DNA of 64,000 nt from Amoeboaphelidium protococcarum X5 (taxonomy: Eukaryota; Fungi; Aphelidiomycota): NCBI GenBank assembly GCA_023515725.1, contig JALDTO010000206.1, forward strand, positions 392,189 to 456,188. The letters are read 5' to 3'. This document shows, piece by piece, positions 11,687 through 26,075 of this stretch (the first letter of the stretch is position 1; each line of letters begins with the position of its first letter). The notes beneath the pieces are model-generated. The model was not told the DNA's origin. It did no database searches and saw nothing but the letters and a program-made list of their open reading frames with translations. The translations under genes were made by a program, and so were the position numbers.

Positions 11687-11783
11687 TCAGTCCAGGCTCC
11701 GCGCGCAACAGTCTGATCGGCGGTGCAAATCCGTTGCTGTCCCTAGTTCGGTGAAAAATACAGTAACACGCGAATATCGAGAT
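11687..11783 (+). ncRNA. Candidate Fanzor omegaRNA (77-nt scaffold up to the TIR end plus flank-derived guide)
   Basis: GC-rich segment between the stop codon and the element end; hairpin CGGCGG-TGCAAAT-CCGTTG; GATCAG/CTGATC and ACAG/CTGT complementarities; expected position for Fanzor/TnpB guide RNAs. Confidence 0.55.
11751..11763 (-). repeat. Right terminal inverted repeat
   Basis: GTGAAAAATACAG followed by TA; reads TA-CTGTATTTTTC on the minus strand, resembling Tc2/pogo-type ends. Confidence 0.75.
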
Positions 11784-12841
11784 TACGCGCTATCTGGTCG
11801 TCGAGTTCCGAAACAGTTGATGAAGAAGCAAGTTAATAATAAAACTAAGTTACTACTAAAGTTACTTTTGTATATACAACGACTAATCTCATTCACCCAT
11901 GATCATTATAGCAGACTCAACTGCTTTTCAATCAACAGCTTTCCCCAAATAGAAAAAGCGCTATTCACAGTTCCACAGAAGAACATCACATCACCTACAA
12001 GATCACAGTCAGAAAGATTCATTAGAATTCAATACGAGCGCGTCTAAAGTAAAACTTACTTGGATTGTCAGACCAGCCGTGAGCAGAAATATTCATCTCA
12101 GATTCTTAAACGTTAAGCCAAGATCCACCATCGTCCGAGAATAAGAATAAATTTTGGAAGTAACGCTCAGCCTCAGCCTAGTTGTTTGAATACACAACAA
12201 CGGTGAGAGAGTCCAGCAACTGAACCGTGATACAAAAATTCTTCAGCGGCTCAAATTTCCTAATAAACAATTATTCGCTCTACACTGAATATAGGGATTA
12301 TACCAGTTAACACCTAAATCAAATCTTACTGAATAGCGCATTCTGTCTAGCTTGTGGTCCCAGCCTTGTTCCATCAGCCATTTCATGTTAATGTCAATAG
12401 GGACAACACTTGGTTGACATTTGATGACAAAAACTTGGTTCGCCATAGTACTCTCCTGGCTCATTGAATCATTTGACAATCGATAATCCTTAAGTGGTAA
12501 GGAGGATATTGGGGTATTCTGCACAGTCATTTCTTTCTTGACAACTTTTATACTAAATTATAAGTAAATTTTGTAACGGTTTAATGGTATATTGCACGTA
12601 TGAAAGCGAGGCTATTGAAGAATGCGTCCACGAGAAAAGCAGAAACGCGAAACGCGAAGACGCTTAGAGCACAGCTGACGCTTATGATAGTTCTCGCAGT
12701 CAAAGAGAGAGAGAGAGAGAGAGTTTGAAGCGAAAATAAGGGACAAGGTAACATTAACAATGTTGTAACGATAGAATTCTCATCAGTCTCATCTCCAACA
12801 AGGTATGCCAACATGACGATCAGTATAACAGAGGAGGAGTT

Positions 12842-15420
<2,579 letters not shown>

Positions 15421-16011
15421 ATTGAGTGGCAGAGTTCTAATTCAGAAAACTAGAAGTACAGTAAATTAAAATTACTCCAGTTTCAAAATAGAAAGCGTGT
15501 TGAAGACCGGTGGCGATTTGCTGAAACGCGCGTTCGTTTAACGGTCCATTTAGTGCTTTCCTTCTCTTGTAAAAGTACCGTAGTTGTAGCGAGTTCTGAA
15601 ACAGTTGACGATAAGCCTAAGGACTGGCTAATGAAGCAGGAAAACTTTGCCGGTATTCGATGCGGTTAAAGTCTAAATCGTGTAATTAGTATGGTTGCCT
15701 TTTAATTTTGTGTCGGATTCATCATGCACTTGTTTTGAGTTCCGAGCTGAATCTATTAAATCAAATATGAATGTTTAATTCTACTATATCATAAAGAGCT
15801 CACATAACACTTTTTCATCCCGTCTTCATAATGCCACATAACGCCGATCAATGAGCTCAGTCCATTCGACGCGTTACGTTTGCTCTTGCCGTTGTGAGAT
15901 TTCTTCATCCGTCCGTTCTTTCGTTCAAGCCGACGACACTCCCGACAATCTCCTTCCTCCTCTACTGATAATACTCGACAGTCTAACTAATAAACTTTAT
16001 TTTCAATTAAT

Positions 16012-17338
16012 ATGGAATCTTAGAGAATTAATTTAGTTAATAGCCATTTGGAAGCTGCAGCTGGAAAGTTTGCTAAAAAGAGCCCAGATGATGTAGTTAT
16101 TGTTGCGTAAGTAGTTCATATCGCTTCAGTTTTGTTTATAGATAACCACCTATGAATGTTACACACGTTAACTTTACATCTCTATGTGTAGTGCTGTGAG
16201 AACTCCTTTGACTCGTGCTCGTAAGGGTGGTTTCAAAGACACTTTGTAGGAGGAGATATTGGCATTTGCTTTGAAAGGAATCCTGGACAAGACTGGTATC
16301 GACCCTGCTCTGGTTGAAGATATTCAAGTTGGCAATGTTCTGCCTCCTGGTGGTGGCGCGACATTGGCTAGAATGTCCATGCTGTATGCTGGGTATCCAG
16401 ACACTTCAAGTGTGAGTACCGTGAATCGTCAGTGTTCCAGCGGATTGTAGGCTTGTGCTAGCATCGTGGCTTCTATTTAGACTGGTGTTATTGAAGTCGG
16501 TATCGGTGCCGGTGTGGAGTCAATGACCAGCAACTATGGTCCTAATGCTGTGCCATCTCAGATGAGTGATAAAGTGCTGAGCAATAAGCAGGCTGCAGAT
16601 TCTTTAATTCCTATGGGACAGACCTCGGAGAATGTTGCCTCCTAGTTTGGAGTGTCGCGTGAGGTACAGGATAAGTTCGCCGTGGCCAGTCATGAGAAGG
16701 CTAGCATTGCAACGAAGAATGGCTGGTTCAAGGAGGAAATTGTACCGTGCCAAGTCACTGTCACTGGTAAAGATGGTGCTGAGAAGACTGTCACTTTGAC
16801 GCAAGACGATGGTATTCGCGCAGGAACAACTTTTGAGACGCTGAGCAAGTTAAGACCTGCCTTTAAAGAAGATGGTACCACCACGGCTGGTAATGCAAGT
16901 CAAGTCACCGATGGTGCAGCTGCTGTATTGTTAATGAAGCGCTCCAAGGCTTAGCAATTGGGATTGCCTATTGTTGGCAAGTGGATCAGTTTCGCCGTTG
17001 CTGGTGTACCTCCACATATCATGGGCATTGGACCAGCTTTTGCCATTCCAAAGGCTTTGAAGAAGGCTGGCTTGAGTGTGAATGACATTGACATTTATGA
17101 AATTAATGAGGCATTTGCGTCCTAGTGCGTGTACAGCATCAAGACTTTGAACATCCCATTTGAGAAGGTGAATCCAAAGGGTGGTGCTATTGCATTGGGT
17201 CATCCATTGGGTGCTACTGGTGCAAGACAGATTGCCACTATATTGCCTGAGTTGAAGCGTACTGGAAAGAAGTTGGGTGTTGTTAGTATGTGTATCGGTA
17301 CTGGCATGGGCGCAGCTGCAGTTATTCAAGCTGAATGA
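16012..17338 (+). CDS. 3-ketoacyl-CoA thiolase, copy 2, peroxisomal (PTS2); intron 16107-16191
   Basis: N-terminal RINLVNSHL fits PTS2 (R-L/I-x5-H-L); VNRQCSSGL, GHPLGATG, SMCIGTGMG. Confidence 0.92.
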
Positions 17339-17406
17339 TTTGTTGAATGAAAAGTTTTTAAACATTCAACAAGAAGAATGAGAGGAAATATATATATCAG
17401 TGTTAT

Positions 17407-19743
17407 TCATGGACGATCACGTACATTTTTTGACTATGGTGACCATTATGCTTTCTTGGCACCAGGATTCAGAGATCTTATTGGAATGGGTGCACGCAAT
17501 GTTGTATCATTAGGTACGTCAAACTTTGGACTAAACGCAGATTGAGGACTATCCAATTCAACCTACCTGTTGTTGGCAATCACAGCAGGAGTCACGGGTG
17601 ACATTGCATTCGGGGACATTGGTGACATTTTACCCGGACCATTATCATCTTTTAACTAGCGCAGCCTTTGTGATGGAGCAGGAATTTACAGTCGTGGTGG
17701 CGGCGTCACAGCAACATCGTACACGCTGGTCAGGCGCTTGTGTTTAAACGGACTGGTAACTAACCTTTTCCTACCATCTTCCACTATAATGTTACGCGCT
17801 ACAGGACTCGCAGGTCCAGAGCTAATATCTGCCAAGTGTGGCAATTATCGTCGAGGTATAAGACTTTCCACCTCAGACACTCTTGCCTACTTCTTATTCT
17901 GCATTGGCGTTTTAAGGGCCTGCTTCTGCACTTGCTCGTGCAACTGTTGCGCGGCTTATTGTAGCATCAATTATTGTCTAGGAGACAGACTACGTCTAGG
18001 AGGTGACCGAGAATTAGGAGACTTCTTTACGACTGGCGGTTCTTCATCCTACGTACGACCTTTATCCAAAGCTGCATGGACTTCATCTCCTTAAACGCGC
18101 AGAGATGCCTGCCTCATATCGATAAATAAAGGGGGATTTTCCACCATTAAATCCTCAGGCTGCAACTGCTTCTATAATGACTTTCGCTCAGAATCACGAA
18201 TATCCTAATTCTCAAATGGCTGAGCTGCTAATTTCTAGTTCTTCCTCTTCAGCTATTACAATCTCCTGCGTCGATTACAGAACCACACCATGATCAAGAC
18301 AACGGTAACAGCCACCACAGATCCAACAACAGCATATATGATTGTTTTAGTAACATCCGGCTTGTTAGTGCCTCTCAAAACCGACTCAATATATCCTGGC
18401 GGAGCAAGTTTAACAAATTGTTCCTTAGCACCAGGAGAATTTGCCTCTGGGATGCTGAAGGATTTAAGCAACCTATTAGGACTACTTTATGCATTTCTCA
18501 CGACATTCATCTGAGCAGCGCTGATGAGAGCATTTTTTACATCTTCCGGAGACGCGTTAGGATTTCTCTGTAAGTACAATGCTGCAACTCCGGCAGCAAA
18601 GGGAGTTGCCTGACTTGTACCATCTCTAGATAGATACTAATTGCCTGGTGCTGTGCTAACAATTCCTTATCCAGGAGCAAAGAGGGAAACGCAAGATCCA
18701 TAATTGGAAAATGAAGCTCTCCTATCACTAGAGTCGCTTGCACCAACAGTGAATACATTTGGGGTTCCAGCAGGAGTACCGTCACACCCGTCTAGATTAT
18801 CATTTCCAGACGCTGCAAACACTGAAATTCCAAGATTGATCACTCTACCGATTGCTGCATCCAGAGGCTAACTACGCGGATACTGGCCTTGCGCATTCTT
18901 AATTGGCCCAAGACTCATGTTAATCAGAGCTGGCTTAACATAATTCTAGGTAACATACTCAAGAGCTGCGACAATATCGGAATTTGATGCGCGATCAGCA
19001 CAGTCAAAAACTTACAGCGAGAACATATTAGCCTGCTTCGCCACTCCAGTATTCACGCCACCAATGATACCTGCAACGTGAGTGCCATGTCCAGAGCAGT
19101 CTCCACCACGAGCCTAGCCTTCTTGAGTGCTAAATACTATTTTAGATCGACCGGTGAATTCAGGGTGAACAGTATCCATACCACTATCGACAATGTAGAC
19201 ATTTACACCATTTCCAGTTAGATCAAACGTATACTGGCGATCAAGTGGTAACATTGCCTAATCGATCCTGTCAAGACCCCATAAATTACTGTCGCATTAC
19301 TGTACTTACGTCAGAGAGTGAGTAAAATCTTGCTCAATGTACTCAATATAAGGAATCCGTCGAATAATATCTATCGGTATTTCAGCAGGAAATTGTACAG
19401 AGAATCCATTCAAAGTCTTTGTGTACCGATGTACAACAGAGCCATCAAGCAGCAACATGATTTAATTGATGACGTCAATAGCACTTTTTGGCGTAGAATC
19501 CTTCAACTTTATAATGTATTGGTTGTCTATACGTGAGCTATTAGAGGCCAGTATAAGAGGTATATTCAAAACCTCTCTTGAAAGTGTACCATTACTGATC
19601 AACCGTTAGAAAGTTGAGACAATGGACGCGTTACTTTTTACCAGAGGGCCCAACATATCCACCAATTGCAGCTGTGCTCGAATTTATACTATACAAGAAA
19701 GAAATAGAATACATAGATAAAAACAAGCACGTGATATGAGCAT
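17407..19743 (-). CDS. Subtilisin/proteinase K-like S8 protease with signal peptide, TM helix and Pro/Gln-rich tail
   Basis: [45 protein letters not shown]; TM segment [22 protein letters not shown] followed by RRR. Confidence 0.85.
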
Positions 19744-20137
19744 TATATATATCTGAATATTTACAGTCTGTGTGAGGTTGGAATTTGAAACTAAAAGATT
19801 AATCAATGAGGATCACAGAGCTTGGCTGCAAGAGATTGTAACAATCTAGCGTCAAGATCATGCCAATCACAAGCTAATTGTTCTCTTGATTAAGACTTCT
19901 GATTGGCTCAGAGTTGTTATTTCTTTTTATGAGTGTTATTACTTTGCTCTGCTTATAACTGTTATCCATTAATATCCCGCCTCATTATTTGAATGGCAGT
20001 GATAATTAGGCGAAGCGGATCATCCGTTTCAACCGTTGTCAAGTCGGGAAATTCCCGTTGTTTTATCTCCTGAAATCAGATGATCATCCATCCATCCATT
20101 CAGTAGTAATCTTTCTTTCAACACCGAATATATTTAC

Positions 20138-20797
20138 ATGACTGCTGGTTCAGATAAAGATCCTCAAGATTCAAATACTTCCTTAGGCGATTCCCCTAAT
20201 GCAGTACATGCTGTTAGACGGAAATTTAAACATCTCACCAAAAGTATATTGAACTCAAGGGATGACAATGTCAACAACACCTTTACCGCTAATGACAATA
20301 GTAAAGGAAAAGACGATAATGGAGGAACTTCAATGGGTCGAATCTAACCAGAAGAGTTAAAATGGATCAAACAGTATGGAAAGTGGGATGAACTGTGTCT
20401 CGGTGTCTGGAAATAGAACTAAATCGGTCGCAAGTATAAATTTCCTGGGCAGTGCCGAGGAGTCCAGGTGATCAGATCTAACAATGTAGCCGAGATCAAA
20501 ACGGGCCGTTTCAGCGACGGGAATTTTACGATTGTGCTTCCCAAGAGAAGAGTTGGAAATGCGGCGCGTTCTACAACCGTTCAGTAATAACAAAGCACTG
20601 GTGACCGGTTCATTGCATTGTGGGAAAAGCAAAAGATTGTCTCCCAGAAATTGATTAATAACGTATGGGATTAGGATAAACTGTATCAAGGCTTTCATAA
20701 GCTAATTGATATGTCATCAAAAGTGTTCTATCTCAATCTTAAATTCATTGATGCCACTTTAAATAGGATACTGAATATAAAACCCAAAGATGTTTGA
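20138..20797 (+). CDS. Hypothetical protein (~219 aa)
   Basis: Continuous ATG-to-TGA frame with TAR=Gln; no motif recognised. Confidence 0.5.
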
Positions 20798-20867
20798 TAC
20801 ACTGATGGATGAATAGATTTGATTTGCGATTTTTTGTTTTCAAATTTGCAGATTATCTGAGTTCAAA

Positions 20868-21171
20868 ATGTTCATTGATAGATAACGACTGCTGCACAAA
20901 GGCGCGTATTTCTCGAGGTTCTTTCAGTTTAAAAGTAGACGTAACTATCTCATACTGAGTTCCCTGCTGCTTGCCAACGCAACTCTTAACGGTATAATTT
21001 TGTACAAGTACTTTCAAGCTCCTGATGAATTCACCGTATGATTGCTATTGTGATATTCTTGATTTGATCTGAATTTAAATTGATATGTAGGAGTATATCG
21101 CGTCATTATGGAATATGAATGGTGCATTACAGTAAAAGTCTGATCAATCAGATAGTATATCACAAGAATGA
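20868..21171 (+). CDS. Small hypothetical single-TM protein (~80 aa), intron ~21037-21090
   Basis: Basic N-terminus, hydrophobic LILSSLLLANATLNGIILY segment, GTATG..GTAG intron. Confidence 0.4.
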
Positions 21172-21266
21172 GTATTGTAAGTAAATAGAATATTTAAATT
21201 GTTGAACCTTTTCTACTTGAGATTTTCATCGTTCGTTACTCACACACAAGTTCTCAGCAATAGGAG

Positions 21267-21731
21267 ATGGGCAAGAGCAGCCTATAAAAGGGTTCCAACA
21301 AAGCAGATGGGTATTTTAGATTAAGTAAAGTCAATTAATGATTTGATGTATTTCCGTGTAGACAATCTTTGAAGCCTGCCAATAGTATCAAGGTGCGACA
21401 TATTCTTTGCGAGGTATTACATTTCAAGTCGATGGCGCGCTCAACTTTACGCGTAATCATTCATTGAGGGTAGAAACTTGGCAAGTGTATGGAGGCATTA
21501 GAACAACTTAAAGCCGGTAAACCATTTGACAAAGTTGCAGAACAGTATTCAGAAGATAAAGCGCGGAATGGGGGCAGTCTGGGCTATATGAACAGAGGGA
21601 GTATGGTTGGACCGTTCCAAGAGGCCGCGTTTGAACTTCAAGTGTCAACAGTCTCTTAACCAATTTTCACTGATCCTCCTGTGAAGACCAAGTTTGGTTA
21701 CCATATCATAATGGTTGAAGACAGAAAATGA
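21267..21731 (+). CDS. PIN4: Parvulin-type PPIase PIN4/Par14; two introns
   Basis: [58 protein letters not shown]. Confidence 0.9.
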
Positions 21732-21796
21732 TAAAATAATGTTTAATTTGTTCAATATTCAAATTCTTCATATCGAGTTAATGATATAACGCGCTC

Positions 21797-23605
21797 TCAA
21801 TCCATTTAAAGATACTCTTCATAACGAGAAGTAAATGGCCACCAACTGTAACTGAATAGAGAGAGATTATAGTCAAATCTCCAATCCACCCGCTAAAATG
21901 GTCGGTATGCAATATCTTTAGGCACAGAGTAGCCATCAGAGTTCCTACAGAATGGTCTACTGTTAGGCGTCTACACTTTACTACCGCTGTTGTTAGTACT
22001 GATAAATTGATCTTTAATCAACTACCAAGCATCGAGTCTAGTTTAATGTACAATCTTTCTATTCTGAATAATGTCTTTGAACAGATGCACACTTGGCCTC
22101 TCCTCTCTACCAAATCCAGCGTCTACACTCTCATTACGCAAAACTTTATACAGACCAAACTTTGGGCAGTAGCCATCAGCCCATTCGATATTGTCACTCA
22201 GAGTCCAATGATGGTATCCAACAATTGGCACACCCTCATCCAGCAACCGGCGTAACACAAGCAGATGTTCAATGAGATAAGCAGGGCGCAAAATATCAGT
22301 ATCATCGCTTATACCGTTCTCAGTTATCATGATCGGCAAATTGCGCCCCATAGCAACATTGTACTCCTAGTGGACAGTCTAGATTATTTTGTAAAATCCG
22401 TACGGAGATATGGCACGCCCAGCTTCAGAGTACTCGACACCATTTCTGATTGTCAATCCTAAGGGACCAACAAACTCTTTTCCATAATAGTTGATGCCAA
22501 TAAAATCAAGTTCTGTGGCAATTAGGTCCATAAAGTGCCGATTCATTATAAAGTCCATAAAATTGCGTAGAGGAGTAGATATCATTTTAGGTTAGATAGC
22601 GACATAGTACGCCATATTCTTTGCGATACCAACCACAGCAGGTCGACTACCAGAAGTTGTATGCTCGCCAATTTCGTCATCAAAATGGTGAATCAGCTCA
22701 TACGCCATAGAATGTGCCTTGGCCATATTACGCATAGCTTTAACAACGTTACCTTCGTACTTGCCAATTTTCCAATACGCATTCGGATCCACGCCTTTAT
22801 TAATTCTACCAGGCCACATTCCGATTCCATAGACAGCATTGGCAAACCATGCAGGTTCATTCAGTACAACATATCGATCAACTACGTGCTTCACATGCGG
22901 AACAACATCGTGCACAAACGCCGCAAAGTAGTCAGGCATCTTATCACTGGTCCATCCTTTGTTAGCCAACTGATCACTCCACTTCGGGAGAGAGTGATGG
23001 AAAAATGTGAGCATAACATTGATACCCTGCTGCTTGATCTAATTAATGATTTTGACATATCGTCGCAAAGCTTTAACATCTTACACTCCCTCCCGGCAAG
23101 GATACTTCTTGCTAAGCCAAGATTTACTACTGAAATCAGAGTCAGCAGCATTATGATGGGATGCTTGGGATGCTTGATCTGATAATTATTTCTCTTGGAC
23201 GTAGCCATACCTATTGCAATTCAATGAGCCAGGCATATGAGGTACAACGCGACCCCAATCGATACCAACACGAACTGAATTAACGCCAAGATCCTTCATC
23301 AAGCCAATCTCCACCTCAGGCCTAGTCCAGAACTGCAGACGCTTCTCAGGATGGGGTACATTGTAGAAATGAGGTATCTTGCTTTCATTCGCTGGACGCG
23401 TCCACTCCATCCACAGATCATCAGCTTCATCCTCAACGTGAGCAGGTGCACTGGCAATACCGAAATCAAAGTCTTGAGGGAAAGTGGCGATCACCTTTTT
23501 ACTGTAGAAGATGCTCTTGAACAGATGATCACACTTTAAGAACACCTGGACACTAATCCACACACAGAGTAGTATAATGAAAATAGATTGAAAAGACAGC
23601 GCCAT
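21797..23605 (-). CDS. GH1-family protein resembling plant SFR2 (galactolipid:galactolipid galactosyltransferase), ~602 aa, intronless
   Basis: N-terminal TM; FGIASAPAHVEDEADD, RLQFW, FFHHSLPKW, LNEP, LDFIGINYYG, EYSEAGR, ITENGISDDTD, WTLSDNIEWADGY, RPFCR, RPFQRVDWRF. Confidence 0.85.
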
Positions 23606-24034
23606 TCAATATACTGTATTATTCTAATGCGATATTATGATTAGGACTATTAATGGAAACCAATGGGAAATATATAAATTCTATTCAAGGAGATTATGAG
23701 AACGATGATTTGCTAATCAGCATTCGCTAAGCCTCAGATTGAAATAAAAGCACATTGTTCTCTTATTGAATTTAATTAAAATGAGCAGAATCTAATTCAA
23801 TGATGTAATTCATTAACTCAATTTTGGCAGGTATTTTATATTTAATAAATGAAAATATTTTTCAAGTTGAAAGTTGAGACTCATTAGACAAGATGTATAT
23901 ATTCACCATTAAAGAGGAGTCAGTTTGCTTTTCTCCTTACTCTTTTCTGCCATCTTTCTTTAGATTTCTACAGTAAAACGTATTTTTTGAATCAAACCTA
24001 ATTTAGAATTAAGTACACTATAATATAGTAGAAA

Positions 24035-24544
24035 ATGTCTTATTAGAATAGAGTTCCTCCGTATAATGATCCCCCTGAATTCCAAGGATTGAGTTAGTAA
24101 TAGGATGATGATGTAGAAGCACAGTCGCCTTAAAAATAATACGACTCTCTTAATCAGTAATAGTAATAATAATAACAGCCTGTAACATCTAAATATGAGA
24201 CTGCCTTACCGATTAGAATAGATATTGAAGCTGCATTGTGTTATGCGCTTGGTGTGTTTACTGGGATTCTATTTCTAGTCTTTGAATACAAGAATGCATA
24301 TGTGAGATTTCATGCATATTAGTCGAGTCTGGTTTTTGTCACTATGCTGCTATTTCATCTCATATTCACTCTGGCCTCATTGAGTTTTACGTGGCTATTA
24401 TATCTCGTGGATGTGGGTCTCATAGTATGGTTAATGTATAAGGCGTACATCAATGGGTAGACTCTGGTTAGGTACAGATTGCCATTCTTTGGTGACTTGG
24501 CTGATCGCTGGACCGAGAGTGACTATGGAGTCACATTGGATTGA
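24035..24544 (+). CDS. UPF0132/DUF4870-like small membrane protein
   Basis: YETALPIRIDIEAALCY..GILFLVFEYKNAYVRFHAYQS..YRLPFFGDLADRW; poly-Q encoded by TAA/TAG. Confidence 0.75.
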
Positions 24545-24825
24545 TGAGTTCTCGTAATAATTCTTCTTTTTTTTAAATATTTTGAGGTAATAAAGTTTCT
24601 TCTTTTCGATTGAATTACTATTTCAATTCCTGGTACCATCTTGAATGAAATGCTTTATAATTGTCTCCTACATTCGATATGGCCCCAGTGATAACGTTAA
24701 AACTTATCGCGCCTTGATGAGTTCCTCATTTTCTTTTCACTCGACGACGCGTTCTGCTTGTTGAATTTTTTAACGACCCAGCTAATTCTGTATATATAGA
24801 AGCTCGGTTCATTATTATATGCAAT

Positions 24826-25353
24826 ATGACCGGGATAGAGGACATTTAATTGCCTAGAGCATCGCTTATCAAACTGGTAAAGAGAAATCTACCGCCTAAT
24901 GTATTTCTGAGTAAAGATGCAGCCACAGCGATTCTGAAAGCAACCACAATGTTCACAACGTATCTCACCGTGACAGCTGCTGATGTAGAAGGTAAGAAGC
25001 AGTTGACCAGTGAGGATGTATTTAAAGCTATGGACGATCTAGATATGGAAGAACTGCTGCCTAGATCCATCGAGTTGTTTAAATCATTCCGTAAATTGCA
25101 AAAGATGAGAAGAGACTCTTGGAGGAGTAACACGCTTAGCAGGAAGATGGAGCAATAATCTTAAAGTCAAGATACTGGCAGTGGAAGCGTCCCTGCTCAA
25201 GATGAAGAGAATGTTGGTTAAAAAGATGCTCTTTCGCAGTAGGCAGATTATGACGATGAGGACATGGATCAGGAGGATGACGAGGATATTGACGATGAAG
25301 TTTCTAATGATTCTGCTTCTGACAATGAAGAAGTTCAGAACGCTGGACAATGA
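24826..25353 (+). CDS. Histone-fold protein DPB4/POLE3/CHRAC17-like with acidic tail
   Basis: IEDIQLPRASLIKLVK..LP..SKDA..AILKATTMF..YLT..KKQLTSEDVFKAM. Confidence 0.8.
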
Positions 25354-26075
25354 ATACTATGGTCCCGGTACCAAATTGTATACAAGTGGTTTATTGATTA
25401 TATCTATTTTTCCTCCTACGACTCTTAATGGCTCATTAATTAGCGTCCTAATAGTGTAATTGTCTTTGTTTAGATATTACATCAAGCTTCAATTTTTATA
25501 ACTGTAACCTTTATCTTTCTTCTAGATGACTGAAATAATATGGTTGATCAGTGCAACGCAATTCTGTACGCGCTTACTCGGGCCTTTACGGTTCTTCGTT
25601 GCAACGGAAACTCAACTTGTAACAACTGAGCTGAAGGCATTAGCTACCAAATTTGAGTTCTTAGTTTATTATTATAAAAAATATTGAGAACTTCGCGAAT
25701 CATGATCATCTAAGAGTTCGTAGTCTTGTCATCTCCAAATTTCGTACAAGCCATCGTGTGATACCTTCTTATGTGATTCAATATTGCTCTTTTGCACAAT
25801 CTTCCAAAGGACAGCATCCGAATCTTCTGCTTCAACAAGTTCGTTATTGATGTGAATAAGATCTACCGAGGGTTTCGTCAAAGGATCGGTAGACAGATTT
25901 AGCTACTTAAATTTTTTTGATAATATGGACTGATCGTAAGGAGCAACTACGCCCCGTCATCCTCAAACACCTTCTGAAACTAATCATATCTTTTGTGTCA
26001 AATCTTTTCTCAACATAAAAGCATTCTGAGGTAAATGAAGTTGTTCGCGGGGTATTCTATATAATCAGAATCAAT

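Larger units (their letters stand above)
8421..11763. mobile_element. Non-autonomous TIR element (Tc1/mariner-type ends, TA-flanked) carrying Fanzor genes
   Basis: Left end TA|ATGTATTTTTCAC (8419-8433) and right end GTGAAAAATACAG|TA (11751-11765) are inverted repeats with 12/13 identity; no transposase seen inside. Confidence 0.7.

Noticed and set aside
11718-11747. Hairpin followed by CTAG|T, resembling a Helitron 3' end
   Set aside because: The repeated, TA-flanked inverted terminus lies 17 nt further on and occurs three times in the window, so it explains the boundary better; no Rep/helicase or 5' TC end was identified
11860-12530. Minus-strand coding-like region downstream of the Fanzor element, considered as a possible transposase
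   Set aside because: Lies outside the TIR, contains TGA breaks and shows no DDE or other recognisable motif
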